Positions 36,800-49,760 of a stretch of DNA of 64,000 nt are shown here, one piece after another. Where the stretch lies: the NCBI RefSeq assembly GCF_902713615.1, contig NC_052164.1, positions 84,419,830-84,483,829 of the forward strand, read 5' to 3'. Each line of letters begins with the position of its first letter. Positions within the stretch are counted from its first letter, which is position 1. A program made the position numbers and the translations under genes. The stretch is from Scyliorhinus canicula. Its lineage: Eukaryota. Below the pieces are notes generated by a model. That model did no database searches, had not been told where the DNA came from, and saw only the letters and a program-made list of their open reading frames with translations.

Positions 36800-38029
36800 A
36801 TGCATTTGTTTTTTTCCCCGCAGATAGATTTATCTCCGTACCACATAATTTCAACAAACTTGGAAAAGCACAGTTTTATTTGTCCATTACTAAACGTGTG
36901 GGGAGAGAGGCTGCCAGAGGTTTTTCGATTGGTAAGTGTTGGAGTACAACAGGCTTTGTCTCTGGGAATAGTTGAGGCAGGGACCACTTGCAACTTTTCA
37001 GGGAAAGAAACCCTCGACGCCTGCATTGATAGAGGACAATGGTGAGAACAAAGCAGTGGGATTACCCTTGAGTTGCTCAAACAAAGAGTTAGCACTGAAG
37101 TAAAGTTCGATAGTTTTAAGATAACGGACATTTTGCCCAAAAAAGTTTTCCCAAGGTGACACCATTAAATAGACGTGTATCATACTGGGATTCAAACCCA
37201 ATCTATTGCATTGCCTAGATTAATCCAACAAATGCTCAAAGAAGCTCTCCTCATCATTCCAGCAACAAACATTGCTTAAATACACCTAATTTGTCAACAA
37301 AATCAAATCTTGTTTGGAATTTTAAGTGAAAAAGTGTGCAGATGTATTTTAGCTGCAAATCTCATTTACAACTCCTACCTAATTGACCAAAATACTCAGC
37401 TCATAAAATGCATGAATAAATAACTTTGGGAGCATTCCATTTTGCGTCAATGAAAATTGCCAAAGTGAGAAGTGTGATAATTACCATTTCATGAGTTGAA
37501 CAGTCGCCATATTCCACATACCAACTGGCATCGCACAATTAAGGTGCCTACTGTTTTACACCAAAATGTGGAAGAAAATGTTGATCCGAGTATAGCTTTG
37601 ATGCAATATGCGATGACATAAAAATAAAGGTTCAATTTAAATAAATGAATAGATACCTGGTTAAGAAGGTTAATATGATTTTCATTAAACTTGCTTATAA
37701 ATCCCTCCAGGGTCGGATTCCACCCTAACTCTGTAATCTCCACAAACCACACCCACACCCAGTGCTTGCCTGAATTAGAATGATTACATGTGCCTTCCCT
37801 TGCTTTACTCCAGCATCAGACAACACCTTCAGACAACACTTTAGAATTCTCATTCCTAACTATACCACCTTGCGGTGGAGTGGATGGATCTAGGACTATG
37901 GGCAGGATTTTCCAGCTATTCACACCCATGGGATTGTCTGGTGCCAGCAAAGACAACCAGGATTTGAATGGCTCGCCACATCTGCAGTGGGGAAACTTGA
38001 TGCGGTGGGCCCAGAAAGTCTCGGTGGAT

Positions 38030-38210
38030 AATGAAAAGAAATGAAAATCGCTTATTGTCACAAGTAGGCTTCAAATGAAGTTACTGTGAAAAGCCCCGAG
38101 TCGTCACATTCCGGCGCCTGTTCGGGAAGGCTGGTATGGGAATTGAACCGTGCTGCTGGCCTGCCTTGGTCTGCTTTCAGAGCCAGCGATTTAGCCCTGT
38201 GCTAAACCAG
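38030..38210 (-). mobile_element. SINE family B, abutting a MITE left arm (37900-38030)
   Basis: Reverse complement match to 4189-4377. Confidence 0.8.
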
Positions 38211-38448
38211 CTGGAGCCAATTGTGTATATGTACACAAATCGTTGATGGTGATAGGACACGCTGAGAAAGTAGTTAATACAGCATGAAGGATTTATAATT
38301 AGTTGTATGCAGTCCAAAAGCTAGGAAGTGTTACAACCAGGATGGGAGGAGTGGACAGTTTATCCAGTCCTACTACACCACAGGTCACATCAATAGTGTG
38401 GTTTAATCCACTCATCAAAATGGCCAATTAGTAGCCTTCACTAATATT

Positions 38449-39583
38449 GAGCGTGAACTACCAGCCACACTGCACCCGAAAAGGAGCGCGATGCTGCACA
38501 ACATGACTGACAAATACCAGGAGGCCGAGCCATCTCACGGGATCCACCTGGATTGGTACACCTCATAAGCTATGACGCGAGCTATTAAGACGTCGTGATG
38601 TGAAGCCTGTCCATTGTGGACGGGATCATTTATTGGCAAATCTGCATATTAGAGTGAGAGCACTACCAAGGGGCTCATGTGGCACTACCAACTGGCTGAG
38701 GATGCCCTTATACATGAGTTGGGGCTTGGGGGGCATTTGGGGTCGCGTTGGGGGCTTGAGGCAAGCAGGCTCCTCGGTACATGAAACGGGACTAGATACA
38801 GCCTGGGCCGCATGTCCCCCGTTGAGGCCTGGTATCTAACCTGAGTCGTGTTAGGTAGTGGCCGGTATTCCCCGGTTGCTGGCGCTGAAATCGCGTTCGA
38901 CAATTGGCCGGAGAATCCCGGTTTGCGCCAAAATAGGGGCGGTGCCGCTTTTGCAATGCTCCGCCCCCTCAAAAACAGCAAAATTCGGTAGTACGCGCAC
39001 GCAGTATGGACGGCATCAGGACATCAACTGTGGCCCTCCCCCATAGGGGCAAGTTCCTGACGGCATGGGTCAATCATGCTATTTTTTAGCGTGGACCCTG
39101 CATGGCGGCTGTGGGCTGAGTCCAGTGCCACCACAGTCGGGAGGGGGCGAGTTGAACCATGGGCACGGGGGGGGGGGGGGGGGGGGGGGCTTTTGCAGAG
39201 GCAGGGGGCACTGGTGGGAGGATGGTCCGGGGATAGCGAGGGCGGTTACTGGGGGACAGTATGTGGCAGGCCATTCCGTGTGCGGCAGGCGCCGTGTTAC
39301 ACGGGGCTGTACGCATGCGCGGCCACGAACCCGGCAATTCTCCGGCCATATCTGCAGGTGGCTTTACACTGCACGGCTGCTAGCCCCGGATGGAGGTTCG
39401 GTGCAGCTGCTGCGCATTTTTTGCTGACGTAAAGCTCCACCATTCCCACGCCGGCATCAGCACTTAGTGTTCAAATCGGAGAATCCAGCCCAGTGTTTTT
39501 TTCTTGGCGCTGCGAGTGGTAGGATACACACGGCTAAACGTGTTTGGTATGGGATATAGTTCCCATTTGATATGATTGCACCC
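38449..39583. mobile_element. older MITE hosting a nested MITE
   Basis: Decayed TIRs GAGCGTGAACTA / TATGATTGCACCC; TSD ATT; related to 41378-41910. Confidence 0.6.
38860..39491. mobile_element. Harbinger-like MITE (nested)
   Basis: TIRs GGCCGGTATTCCCC / GGAGAATCCAGCCC; TSD AGT. Confidence 0.8.
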
Positions 39584-39786
39584 ATTATACCCCAAATAAA
39601 ATAAACTTTAAGCAGGCTTCTTTCGATGAACTCAAAATTATTGAATTATTATAAAACAAAACTTCATTTAGAACCAAGTTACAAGAACTGGTTCGTTCAC
39701 AGCTTGTAATGTGGAAATGTAACTATCTATGTCTTAAAATACCCTGGCACATAAACACACGCATGAATAAAAGACAAACAAATCTG

Positions 39787-39973
39787 GGGGTGAATTCTCT
39801 GCCGGCTGTATTCTCCGTTCTGCCGTCAGCGCACCCCCGCTTGCGGGTTCCCAGCGACGTGGGGTGGCTACAATGGTAAATCCCATTGGCTGGCGGCAGG
39901 AGAGGAGAATCCCACTGCCAGTAACAGTGCGCCGATGAAGAACATGCGGCTGGGGAGGTGGAGAATTCACTCT
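39787..39973. mobile_element. short Harbinger-like MITE
   Basis: TIRs GGGGTGAATTCTC / GAGAATTCACTCT; TSD not preserved. Confidence 0.65.
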
Positions 39974-40234
39974 AGCGTCTCTGCATATACTGGTGCGTAA
40001 AAATGTAATGAAAAGGATAAAGTCGCAGGGTGTTGATGCTGTCAATCTGATGCTTCCTCGAATGAATCTAGATCGCTAGACTCAGTAGATGTCTGGAGAT
40101 TCTCAACAACAGCAATTCAGTGTGGAGGAGAATAGAGCCAGGTCAATTCTTAGGACCTCCCTCTGATTTTCAGCCTCTCAGCTTTCCAAATACCGACAAG
40201 TTCAACTGAGATGAGGATTGCTGGCTGGATACTG

Positions 40235-40482
40235 ATATCACTGTTGCTTCACAGTGCCAGGGTCGCAGGTTCAATTCCGGCTTGGGTCACTGTCCGTGTG
40301 GCGTCTGCACATTCTCCCAGTGTCTGTGTGGGTTTCCTCCAGGTGCTCCAGTTTCCTCCCACAAGTCCCAAAAGACGTGGACATTCTGAATTCTCCCTCG
40401 AACAGGTAGCGTAGTATGGCAACTAGGGGATTTTCACAGTGACTTCAGTGCAGTGTTAATGTAAGCCTACTTGTGACACTAA
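40235..40482 (+). mobile_element. SINE with HE1-type head and family-B-like tail
   Basis: Match to 6501-6787. Confidence 0.78.
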
Positions 40483-40760
40483 TGAAAAAGAGATTCTTTC
40501 TGCAAGGCAAGGAGAAAACAAGTTGAGCCGCTTTCCCCTTCTCGGTTCATTTCCAACTGGGTTAACCAAAAACAAGTTCAAAACATAAAGCTCACCTTCA
40601 GCAAGTGATCCAGTAAATCACCAGCGATTTTGCTTTAAAACGTTTTCCCTCCCAACCAGCAATGTAATTACAGTTCAAATAAGCAAATCGCTTCCACCTT
40701 CAAGTGCCATGCTGCACGCGTTCTTGGAAAAGGTATGCTTACTCACAATCTAAGGTGAAC

Positions 40761-41293
40761 GGGTGGGATTCTCCGATCGCGTTTGGCGATCAGCCGGGGA
40801 ATCCACTTTTACGCTGAAATTGGGAGTGGTGCCGTTTTTGCAATGCTCCGCCCCCTCAAAAAACGGCATACGCCGCACGCCGTCTGGACGGCCTCAGGAC
40901 ATCACCTGAGGCCCTTCCCCGATGCTCGGCCCCCGCTGGGCTGATTCCCCGACGGCATCTCTCGCGTGTGCTCACACCGTTCGGGGACCTCGCGTAGCGG
41001 CGACAGACTGTGTCCAGTACCGCCATAGTTGGTGGCGGGGGAGCTGTTCCACTAGCAGGGGAGCTTCAGCGGAGGTTGGAGTGACTGGTGGAGGGTGGTC
41101 CGGGGTGGCGAGAGGGATTACAGGGGGGCAGTTTTTTCTGTTGCCATATCCGCAGGTAGAGCCAGGGCTTTACGCTGAGCGGCTGCTAGCCCCCCGCCGG
41201 GCGGAGGATCAATGCGGTGGGTGGCACTGACATTCTGGTCATAAGATCAGACGGATCCTGCGGCTATAGCCACAGTATCGGAGAATCAGCCTC
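40761..41293. mobile_element. Harbinger-like MITE
   Basis: Left TIR GGGTGGGATTCTCC; right GGAGAATCAGCC; internally similar to 38860-39491. Confidence 0.72.
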
Positions 41294-41377
41294 CGACCTT
41301 CTAAAAGAAAAATCCAAGTCAGCTCCAAAGTTTCAAAATAATGCAATATCCCTCCAAAATTGTAAAAGAAAATATAG

Positions 41378-42789
41378 GGAGTGAGATGCCCGGCTTGGGG
41401 CGTGATGCGGCCAGTAAATCTTGCGAGAGCCTCTCGTTTGATTTACCCAGCTCGCCATACTTCACGGGATCTAATGGGATCTAATGGATCTCGCGAGACA
41501 TCACCATTAGGATCCTGCCCTCAATAGGCGGGATCAGTATTTGGCAATTTAGCATATTGAAGTGAGCAGCTAGTCTCACTTTAATATGCACTTGTCAGAT
41601 CTACCCAAGATGTTAGGATCCATTCCCTTTGCCTCAGATACCCAAGGTGAGGGCCAATTAGCACTGGGCTATGGGCATGGTGGTACCCTGGCACCCCGAT
41701 GCTAATTGGGTGCCACCCAGGAGTTCCACGTGTCAATGATGCAGCAAAATGAGACAAAGTGCAACCTCAGCAGGACATTTCCCGCTGAGGCCCCAAAATA
41801 AAACAGTCCCATTAGATACCGGGGTCTGTCTCGTCGCTGCGAGTGCCAAGAAACACCCATCTAGAGGTGCTCGACATAGGACTCCGTTTCACTTCCATTC
41901 AATCATCCCAAAAGGTTCTGAACATATGGGGGGGCGATTTTCAGCCCTTGATTGCTGTCAGGGGCAATCAAAACGCAGGTGGAAAATCCGGGGAGAATGA
42001 GAAAACATGATTCCCTCTGGCGACATTGCATTTTCTGATTTTCCCCACTCCTCATCGGTGATGTCATGAGGGTCACACCCACAAAGGGCAGGAACCTTAT
42101 TTGAATGGATTACCAAAGGTTTTAAGATTTGTAATGGGCCTCCACACCACATAATCCCCCCTCACCAAATATTCGTACCTCACTGACATGACATCACATT
42201 GGCAAGATTTACAGCAGTTTTTTACATCCTAGATTCAGTCGAGGTGACCCCGCTGGGGGCTCAAAGGATAGTATAGCCCCAGGGGTAGAGGAACATGCCT
42301 GAGTAGTGCTCCGGCACTGCCCTTGGCATTGCTACTGGTACAAATTGGCACTTACAGGTTGGCAGGGCCACCCTGGCATTTGCACCCTGGCAGTGCCTCG
42401 CTGGCAGTGCCATCCTGTGCGTGGAAAGTGTAGGTGGGCCCTCATGTTAGCCGCATTGGTCTGGGGGGGGGGGGATGTCCCATTTATGTGTGGTGGAGGG
42501 AGTGAGTGGGGAGTTTTGCAAATATGTGGAGAGGGGCCACTGAAGGGGGGATTGTTGGCGATACTTCCTTGTTGGTTGGGGGGGCGTGGGAGAGCCCCCG
42601 GTAATTGTCCAATAGCAGGGGAAACCCAATGATTATCTGTGGGGGGGGGGGGAATCTTCTATTCTAATTAGGATGCCCTGATCGCTCTGGAGCCCGTGCG
42701 GGCTTAGACCCCATCCCATCAGAGTGATGGCGTAAACCACGGCCACTCATTTTGTTTCTTTAATACGGCTCAAGATCTGGCGAGAAAAC
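41378..42789. mobile_element. two adjacent older MITE-like elements (about 41378-41910 and 41928-42789)
   Basis: GC-rich; GCATATT..GTGAG motif shared with 38449; GGGGGCGATTTTC start at about 41930. Confidence 0.45.
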
Positions 42790-43145
42790 TGTAAGTAACT
42801 TGAAGTAAGGGGGTGTTAAGTGATCCAATGTTTATTTAATAAGGTTAAGTTGAATTCATGGAATAAACATTGTTTTCTGTTTAAAAACCCACGTGTCCAC
42901 AATTGTACTACCACACCTGGGGAACAAGCCGTGTGCTTCAAAAGCAACAATACATTAAAGGAAGAGGCTGGTTGAACTCCATGATACATTTTGGGGTTCT
43001 GAAACCGCCGCTCCCATAACAATTGGGGGCTTGAGGGGGATAAAAGTCTATCTATTGGATTGGCTTTTGTGAACTTAAAGACAGTGAAGGGTTGTTGCTT
43101 TTCCGGTGTGGTATTTTAGTTTAAGTGGGGAGAGTGTTGTGAACA

Positions 43146-44420
43146 ATGGCTCTTTCAGAGGCTCAGAAGTTTTTGGGGGTGGAGAATGTCACACGCAGTA
43201 CCTTACGGACAGAGACGAAAAGCAGGCTGTTAGATTTGGCAAAAACATTGCAGTTAACATTACCTGACAAAATGCGAAAAGATAAGGTAATTATGGTGGT
43301 GGTTAAGCATTTAAAGTTGCATGAGATAGAGTCTGACTCATAGGAAATGGCAGAAATTCAGTTGCAAATTAAACAAATGGAATATGAGAACGAATTAGAG
43401 CGGCTTGAATATGAAAGAGAGAGAGAGAGGAAAAAGAAAAGGAGAGAGAAGTAAGGAGAAAAGAAAGAATAGCCTTATCAGAACAAAAAGAAAAAGAAAG
43501 GGAGATAGAGATCAGGGAAAAATATAAAGAGAGGGAATTTGAACTTCAGAAAATGGCCATGAAACATGAAAGTCAATTAAAATTGGCAGACATAAAGGGA
43601 AACATACAGTTGGATGATAGTGATGAGGATAGTGAGAAGGAGCATCATAGTCAAAGGCTTGGTGGAAATCTATTTAAATATGTCCAAGCAAGGATTGCCA
43701 AAGTTTGATGAGAAGGAAGTGGAACCTTTTTCATTTCATTTGAGAAGGTAGCTAAACAAATGAAATGGCCACAGAACATGTGGGTATTATTGATTCAAAC
43801 AAAGCTGGTAGGTAGAGCTAGTGAAGTGTTTGCATCACTACCGGAGGAGGTATCTGAGACGTATGAGGAGGTGAAGAAATCCATCTTAAGTGCATATGAG
43901 CTAGTGCCTGAAGCTTACAGACAAAGGTTTAGAAATTTAAGGAAATAATTTGGTCAAACATACATGGAGTTTGAAAGGCTCAAACAGAGTAATTTTGATA
44001 GGTGGATAAGGGCTTTGAAAATAGACTAAACATATGAAGCTCTCAGAGTAATTATACTTTTGGAGGAGTTAAAAAATTCAATTCCTGATGTAGTGAGAAC
44101 TCATGTGGAAGAATAGAGGGTTAAAACTGTGAGATTAGCAGCAGAAATGGCAGATGATTATGAATTAGTTCATCAATCAAAGATTGGTTTGCGACATCAG
44201 TTTCAGCCGGTGAGGAATAGAAACTGGGGACATAAGAAATACTCAAGTGGTAAAGGTAAAGATGATCTGATGGGAGACAATAAAGAGAGTGTACCTCAGA
44301 TTAAAAAATAAACCCAGGAGGGTGGAAAAGAGATGAAAAAGTTCAAATGTTTTCACTGTAATAAACTAGGCCATGTAAAGTCACAGTGTTGGTGGTTGAA
44401 GAAAAGCACTGGGAAGGCTG
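43146..44420 (+). pseudogene. Gmr1 gag (coiled coil, SCAN-related capsid region, CCHC zinc knuckle)
   Basis: YEEVKKSILSAYELVPEAYRQRFR; AAEMADDY; CFHCNKLGHVKSQC; several stops and frameshifts. Confidence 0.88.
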
Positions 44421-45247
44421 ATGTGGTAAAACAGGATAAGACAGTGGGATTTGTTAGAGTGGCAAAGGAAAGCCCAAAGGGTGCGAAGGAGGTGCAAACG
44501 ATTGTATCGCCTGTTCAAAGAAGTTATTGTTAAGAAGGTGCCAGATGTCTTTCAAGAATTTACTAGTGTGGGTAAAGTTTACTCATGTATATCAGGAGGA
44601 GCAGGTAAAGAAGTCACAATTTTAAGAGATACTTAATCTCTTTAATGATAAGAGATGAGGAATTATGTAGTTTAGTAAGAATCTTGCCAGAAAAGGTGGT
44701 GATATGTGGAATTCAGGGTGAAAGGAGTAGCGTTCCATTATATAAGGTAAGGTTGGAAAGTCCAGTGAAGAGTGGTGAAGTGGTAGTAGGAGTAATAGAT
44801 AAACTATCTTGTCCAGGAATACAGTTTATCTTGGGTAATGATATAGCTGGATCGCAGGTGGGAGTGATGCCTACTGTGGTTGATAAGCCAGTGGAAAATT
44901 AGACAACTGAAGTGTTGAAGGACGAATATCGTGGGATTTTTCCGGATTGTGGAGTAACCCGGTCGCAAAGTCACAGGTTAAGACAAGAGGAGAAATCAAA
45001 GAGTGAAAATGAAGTTGAAGTGCAATTATCAGAAATGATTTTTGATCAGACGGTTGAAAAAGAAAAAGAACAGGTGGAGGATGAGTTGGATATTTTTAGT
45101 TCAGGAAAATTGCCGGAGTTACAACAGAAAGATGTAGAAATAAAACGGATATATCAGAAAACGTATACGGAAGAGGAATCTGAGAGTATACCAGAGTGTT
45201 ATTAGCGTAAAAGTGATGTCTTGATGAGAAAATAGAGACCTGTACAT

Positions 45248-46350
45248 ATGCAGGCAGATGAAAAGTGGGCAGAAGTTCATCAAGTAGTATTGCCGGTAGG
45301 GTATAGAAAGGAGGTGTTGCGAGTTGCATATGAGGTACCAGTGGGAGGTCATTTGGGAATCAGGAAAACTCAAGCTAAAATCCAGAAACATTTTTATTGG
45401 CCTGGACTACATAAAGATGTAGTTAAATGTTGTCAATCATGTCATACATGTCAAGTGATAGGGAAACCTCAAGCAGCGATAAAACCAGCACCCTAAATAC
45501 CCATTCCAGCATTTGAGGAACCTTTTACGAAGGTCATAATTGATTGTGTAGGACCGCTTCCTAAAACAAAAAGTGGGAATAATATCTTTTGACTATAATG
45601 GATGTGTCTACTAGGTTTCCAGAGGGCATTCCAGTATGTAATATCACAGCTAAAAGGATTATGGAGGAGTTACTTAAATTCTTTACTCGATATGGACTAC
45701 CCACAGAAATTCAATCAGATCAAGGATCAAATTTTACTTCAAAGTTATTCAAAGAAGTTATGGGTAGCTTAGGAATAAAACAATTTAAATCAACTGTGTA
45801 TCATCCAGAACCGCAGGGAGCGTTAGAAAGGTGGCATCAGACATTAGAGACAATGTTGAGGGCGTATTGTCAAGATTATCCAGAGGATTAAGATAAAGGA
45901 ATTCCATTTGTACTGTTTGCAATTAGGGATGCACCTAATGAGTCTACCAAATTTAGTCCTTTTGAACTAATTTTTGGTCATGAGGTAAGAGAACCACTTA
46001 AATTGATTAAGGAAAAATTGGTGGGTGAGAAATCAGAAATTACACTATTGGATGACGTGTCAAATTTTAGGGAACAATTAAATTGAGCAGACAAATTGGC
46101 TAGACAACATTTGAAAGTTGCACAAAATGTGTTGAAACGGGTAACGGACTAGAAATCCAAAGTTCGTAGTTTTGCCAGTGGGATAAAGTTTTAGTATTGT
46201 TACCAGTGGTAGGTGAGCCTTTAAAAGCTAGGTTTTGTGGACCGTATCAGATTGAAAGGAAATTTAGTGAGGTGAATTATGTGGTACAAACACCAGATCG
46301 AAGGAAGACTCACCGAGTGTGTCATGTGAATATGCTTAAAAGGTACTTTC
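45248..46350 (+). pseudogene. Gmr1 integrase (zinc-binding, rve core, GPY/F)
   Basis: GGHLGIRKTQAKIQKHFYWPG..CQSCHTCQ; EIQSDQGSNFTS; YHPEPQGALERWHQTL; ARFCGPYQI. Confidence 0.92.
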
Positions 46351-46520
46351 AAAGGGAAGGAGAGAAAAAGGAAGTTTTAATGATTCTAACTCAAAGTGAC
46401 AAACCAAATCCAGATGACTGTGAATTTGGCATACCTCAAATTAAATTTGAAAACGAGGATATTCTCATAAATTGTTAAATTACCTTCCAGAGGAAAAAAA
46501 TAACTGACCTTAAAGAGTTA

Positions 46521-47200
46521 TTGATATCACATGGGCAAGTTTGTAGAGATAAATTGGAAAGTACTAAAATGGCTATACGTGACGTAGATGTGGGAAATGC
46601 TGTTCCTATCAAACAACATCCATATAGACTTCATCCTTTAACTTTGGCACAGGTTAACAGAGAGATTGAGAGTATGCTGAAAAATGGCATAATTGAAGTG
46701 GGTTGCAGTCAATGGAGCTCAACCATAGTGATGGTACCTAAACCAGGCGGTACCCAATGGTTGTGTGTGGACTATCGAAATGTGAATGCAGTTACAAGAA
46801 CAGACTCTTACCCCATCCCACGTTTGAAGGATTGCATTAAGAAAGTGGGACAATCTGCTTTTATTTCCAACTTCCAGACGTGGAAAGAACATATAAAACA
46901 TCTGAAGGAGTAATTCGATCGACTTCAGGAGGCGGGTTTGGTGATGAACCTAGCCAAAAGTGAATTTGGAGAAGCCTGAATCACTTTCCTTGAGGAGTTT
47001 CGATACCCTCAAGATGAAGGGAAATAATGCAATTTCTTAGCATGAGTGGATTTGATCGAACTTTTGTGCAAACGTTTTGTGCCGTGATTACTCCACTGAT
47101 GGACTTGCTAAAGAAACGTCAAATATTTCAACGGACAGCGGACTTTCAGCAGGCATGTGACTGCTTGAAAGCTGTGATAACCGATGGTCCTGTATTGGAG
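46521..47200 (+). pseudogene. Gmr1 reverse transcriptase with the catalytic core deleted
   Basis: PIKQHPYRL..WSSTIVMVPKP..LCVDYRNVNAVT..SYPIPR, then jumps to QTWKEHIKHL; no MPFG or YxDD motif. Confidence 0.88.
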
Positions 47201-48482
47201 AATTGCACGGAACTCTGTGATCAGATTGAACTGACGTATCTAACTTTAAAGAGAACTACCGAGGCGTAGAGGAATGGATGGATTGTGCATTGACTTTCTT
47301 GACCAAAGAGACTGTCAATCAAGAAGGATTTTGGTTGGAGGAAGAAGAACGGGAAAGATGGACTTTATTATTATGCCTGTTTGCGTGTGTTTTTTTTTGT
47401 GAAACGAGAAAGTATATTTACTGTGTACATTTCTTAGTGGATGGTACAAAAGTGAAAAATGAAACCATCTTGAAATTGATGGGTTTTATTTCTTTCGGGG
47501 GAGGTGTTATGTGAAAGTACCTTTAATATTTGGATGTTTAAGCAATGCACCTTTGAGAAATGAAGCAGCTCATATTACTGAAGGATGTCATAGTGTGGGT
47601 GGATTGGGTTTTTAGCCCAGCCACTTTGCAGGGTTTCAGTTTGAGAGAGCAGCTGAAAAGTGCCTGGCTGTTTCAAAGGAGAAAGCCAGTTTTGAGGAAA
47701 AGAGCTTGGGTGTGTCTGTGTTTTGCAGTAAGCTGGATCTGCTGTGATCTCTGCCATGAAAGACTACCTATGAATCATTTGGGTGATTTAAACTCACAAT
47801 AGTAATGTCTCTAACCTGATGTGTTTCTGTTGTTAAAGGTGAAGTCTTTTGGAGGTTTGAAGGAACATTTTGAGAGATTATTTAGTGTTGTGTTATTTTC
47901 GGGGTTATCTTTGAAGTAAGGGGGTGTTGAGTGATCCAATGTTTATTTAATAAGGTTAAGTTGAATTCATGGAATAAACATTGTTTTGTGTTTAAAAACC
48001 CATGTGTCCATAATTGTACTACCACACCCGGGGAACAAGCCGTGTGCTTCAAAAGCAACAATACATTAAAGGGAGAGGCTGATTGAACTCCATGATATAT
48101 TTTGGGGTTCTGAAAACGCCGCTCCCATAACAAACAATAGAGCACCTAAACATCTCCTCTTGACACTCAATGACATTACCAACGCTGAATCCATCTGGAA
48201 ACTCCCCTTCAAGCCACACTTTCTTGGAAATATATCATTGTTCCTTCAGTGTTGCTGGGTAAAAATCCTGGCAATTCCTCCCTAACAGATGGACTTTCTC
48301 AAGGACAATTAAGGGTAGGCAACAAATGTTGGCCTAGCCAGCGATGCCAACATCTCATGAAAAAAAAACCAAATGAATATCGGATGGGTTCCTTACAGCT
48401 GACCCATTTAAACACTAACATTTTGTGCAAGCAGCGGGTTTTAGCATAACTATAATTTTATTCAGTGACCAAATTACACTGA

Positions 48483-48689
48483 GGGCGAGATTCTCTGGCT
48501 TCCCCGCGGGTGTGTTTCCCAGTGGCAGGAGGCAGCCCACTGTCGACCGGTCGCGTGATCTTCTGGTCCCGCTGCCGTCAATGGAATTTCCCATTGAATT
48601 CACCCCACGCTGCTGGGAAAGCGCAGGGAGGGGGCACCGTCAGCAGGAGTGGAAGATCCCGCTGGCGTGAACAGCGGACGATCTTGCCC
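48483..48689. mobile_element. short Harbinger-like MITE
   Basis: TIRs GGGCGAGATTCTC / GACGATCTTGCCC; TSD not matching. Confidence 0.65.
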
Positions 48690-48923
48690 TATATATTTAA
48701 ACACAAACTGCAATGGCAGAATAGCTAACACCAAGCTGCGAGACACATTTTCCTTATGTTTAAAATTTGCGAAACAACCAATGTGCTTTCTGAACAGCGA
48801 AGCAGCATTGAGATTGGTTTTGACGGTTAAGTAGTTGCGAGCTTTTCCTTACTCCACGTGTTGTTCACGGAATGAATTATGCATGAATTAAAGATACTTG
48901 ATTCTCAGCAGCAATCAGATGGT

Positions 48924-49541
48924 GGGCAGGATTCGCCAATAATGGGGCTGTGTCCCCACACCCGTGCAAAAACGCGGGTGAATCACTCCGGACTTTCCTG
49001 AAGAAAGTCCGGAGCGATGCACTTACTTGAAGGGGGCTAGCAAGGCCCCGGAGTGCTTCTCGCAGCTCCAGCTGCCGATACAGGGCCCTGCACTCCCTGC
49101 GGCGGCCGCCCCGTGAGACATGGCGGACCCACACCGCGGACCAGCACCAAAAACATAGGACCCTCAGATCAGGTACGGCCACGGATCGGTGCACCCCCAA
49201 TCGGTAGCCTGGCCGTCCTGGAGGCCCCTCCCCCCCCGGTGAGGGATGCCCCTGCCCCCCACCAGGAGCGGCCATGGACTGAGTCCGCAGCCGCCACGCC
49301 GAGTTCCTGACGGGTGGGACCATGAGAGAACCACGCCATCGGGAACTCGGCCAGTTGACGTTGGAGAATCGCCGTAGGGGCCTCTTTCAATGGCTCCCAG
49401 GCCTCTTTCAATGGCTCCCGACCGGCGCCACGTAGACCGCGCACGCGTGATTCGTGGCATCGGATCCGATCTCGGGTTGATACCCATTCTCCGGCACCGC
49501 GCCGTTTGTGGTTTTGCTGCGAAGGCTCGGAGAATCGCGCC
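48924..49541. mobile_element. Harbinger-like MITE
   Basis: TIRs GGGCAGGATTCGCC / GGAGAATCGCGCC; TSD GGT; related to 12549-13196. Confidence 0.83.
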
Positions 49542-49594
49542 GGTAAGTTTGTGAAGGCTGATCAAAGGGGAATGGGAGAAAAAAGGAGGAGTCG

Positions 49595-49760
49595 TTGCAT
49601 TTGCATAGCTTCTTTCATGACTTCACAAAATGACAAAGTGTTTTACTCTGCCAATGAAGTTATTCTGAAACAACCAATCTTCTCACAGCAAGCTTTCACA
49701 CAAATTTCAATCAGATAATTGACAAGATTGTTTGTTTTAGTGATGTCTGTGGCCCAAATA
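49595..49760 (-). mobile_element. Deu-domain SINE 3' remnant
   Basis: Reverse complement similar to 29930-30105 (CATCACTAAAAC..CTTCATTGGC..ATGAAAGAAGCTATGCAAATGCAA). Confidence 0.5.

Larger units (their letters stand above)
42790..48132 (+). mobile_element. Gmr1-clade Gypsy LTR retrotransposon (gag-PR-INT-RT order), decayed
   Basis: 3' LTR 47505-48132 (TGTTATG...CATAACA); partial 5' LTR ending at 43021; PBS-like TGGGGGCTTG (tRNA-Pro-like); PPT GGGGGAGG. Confidence 0.93.
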
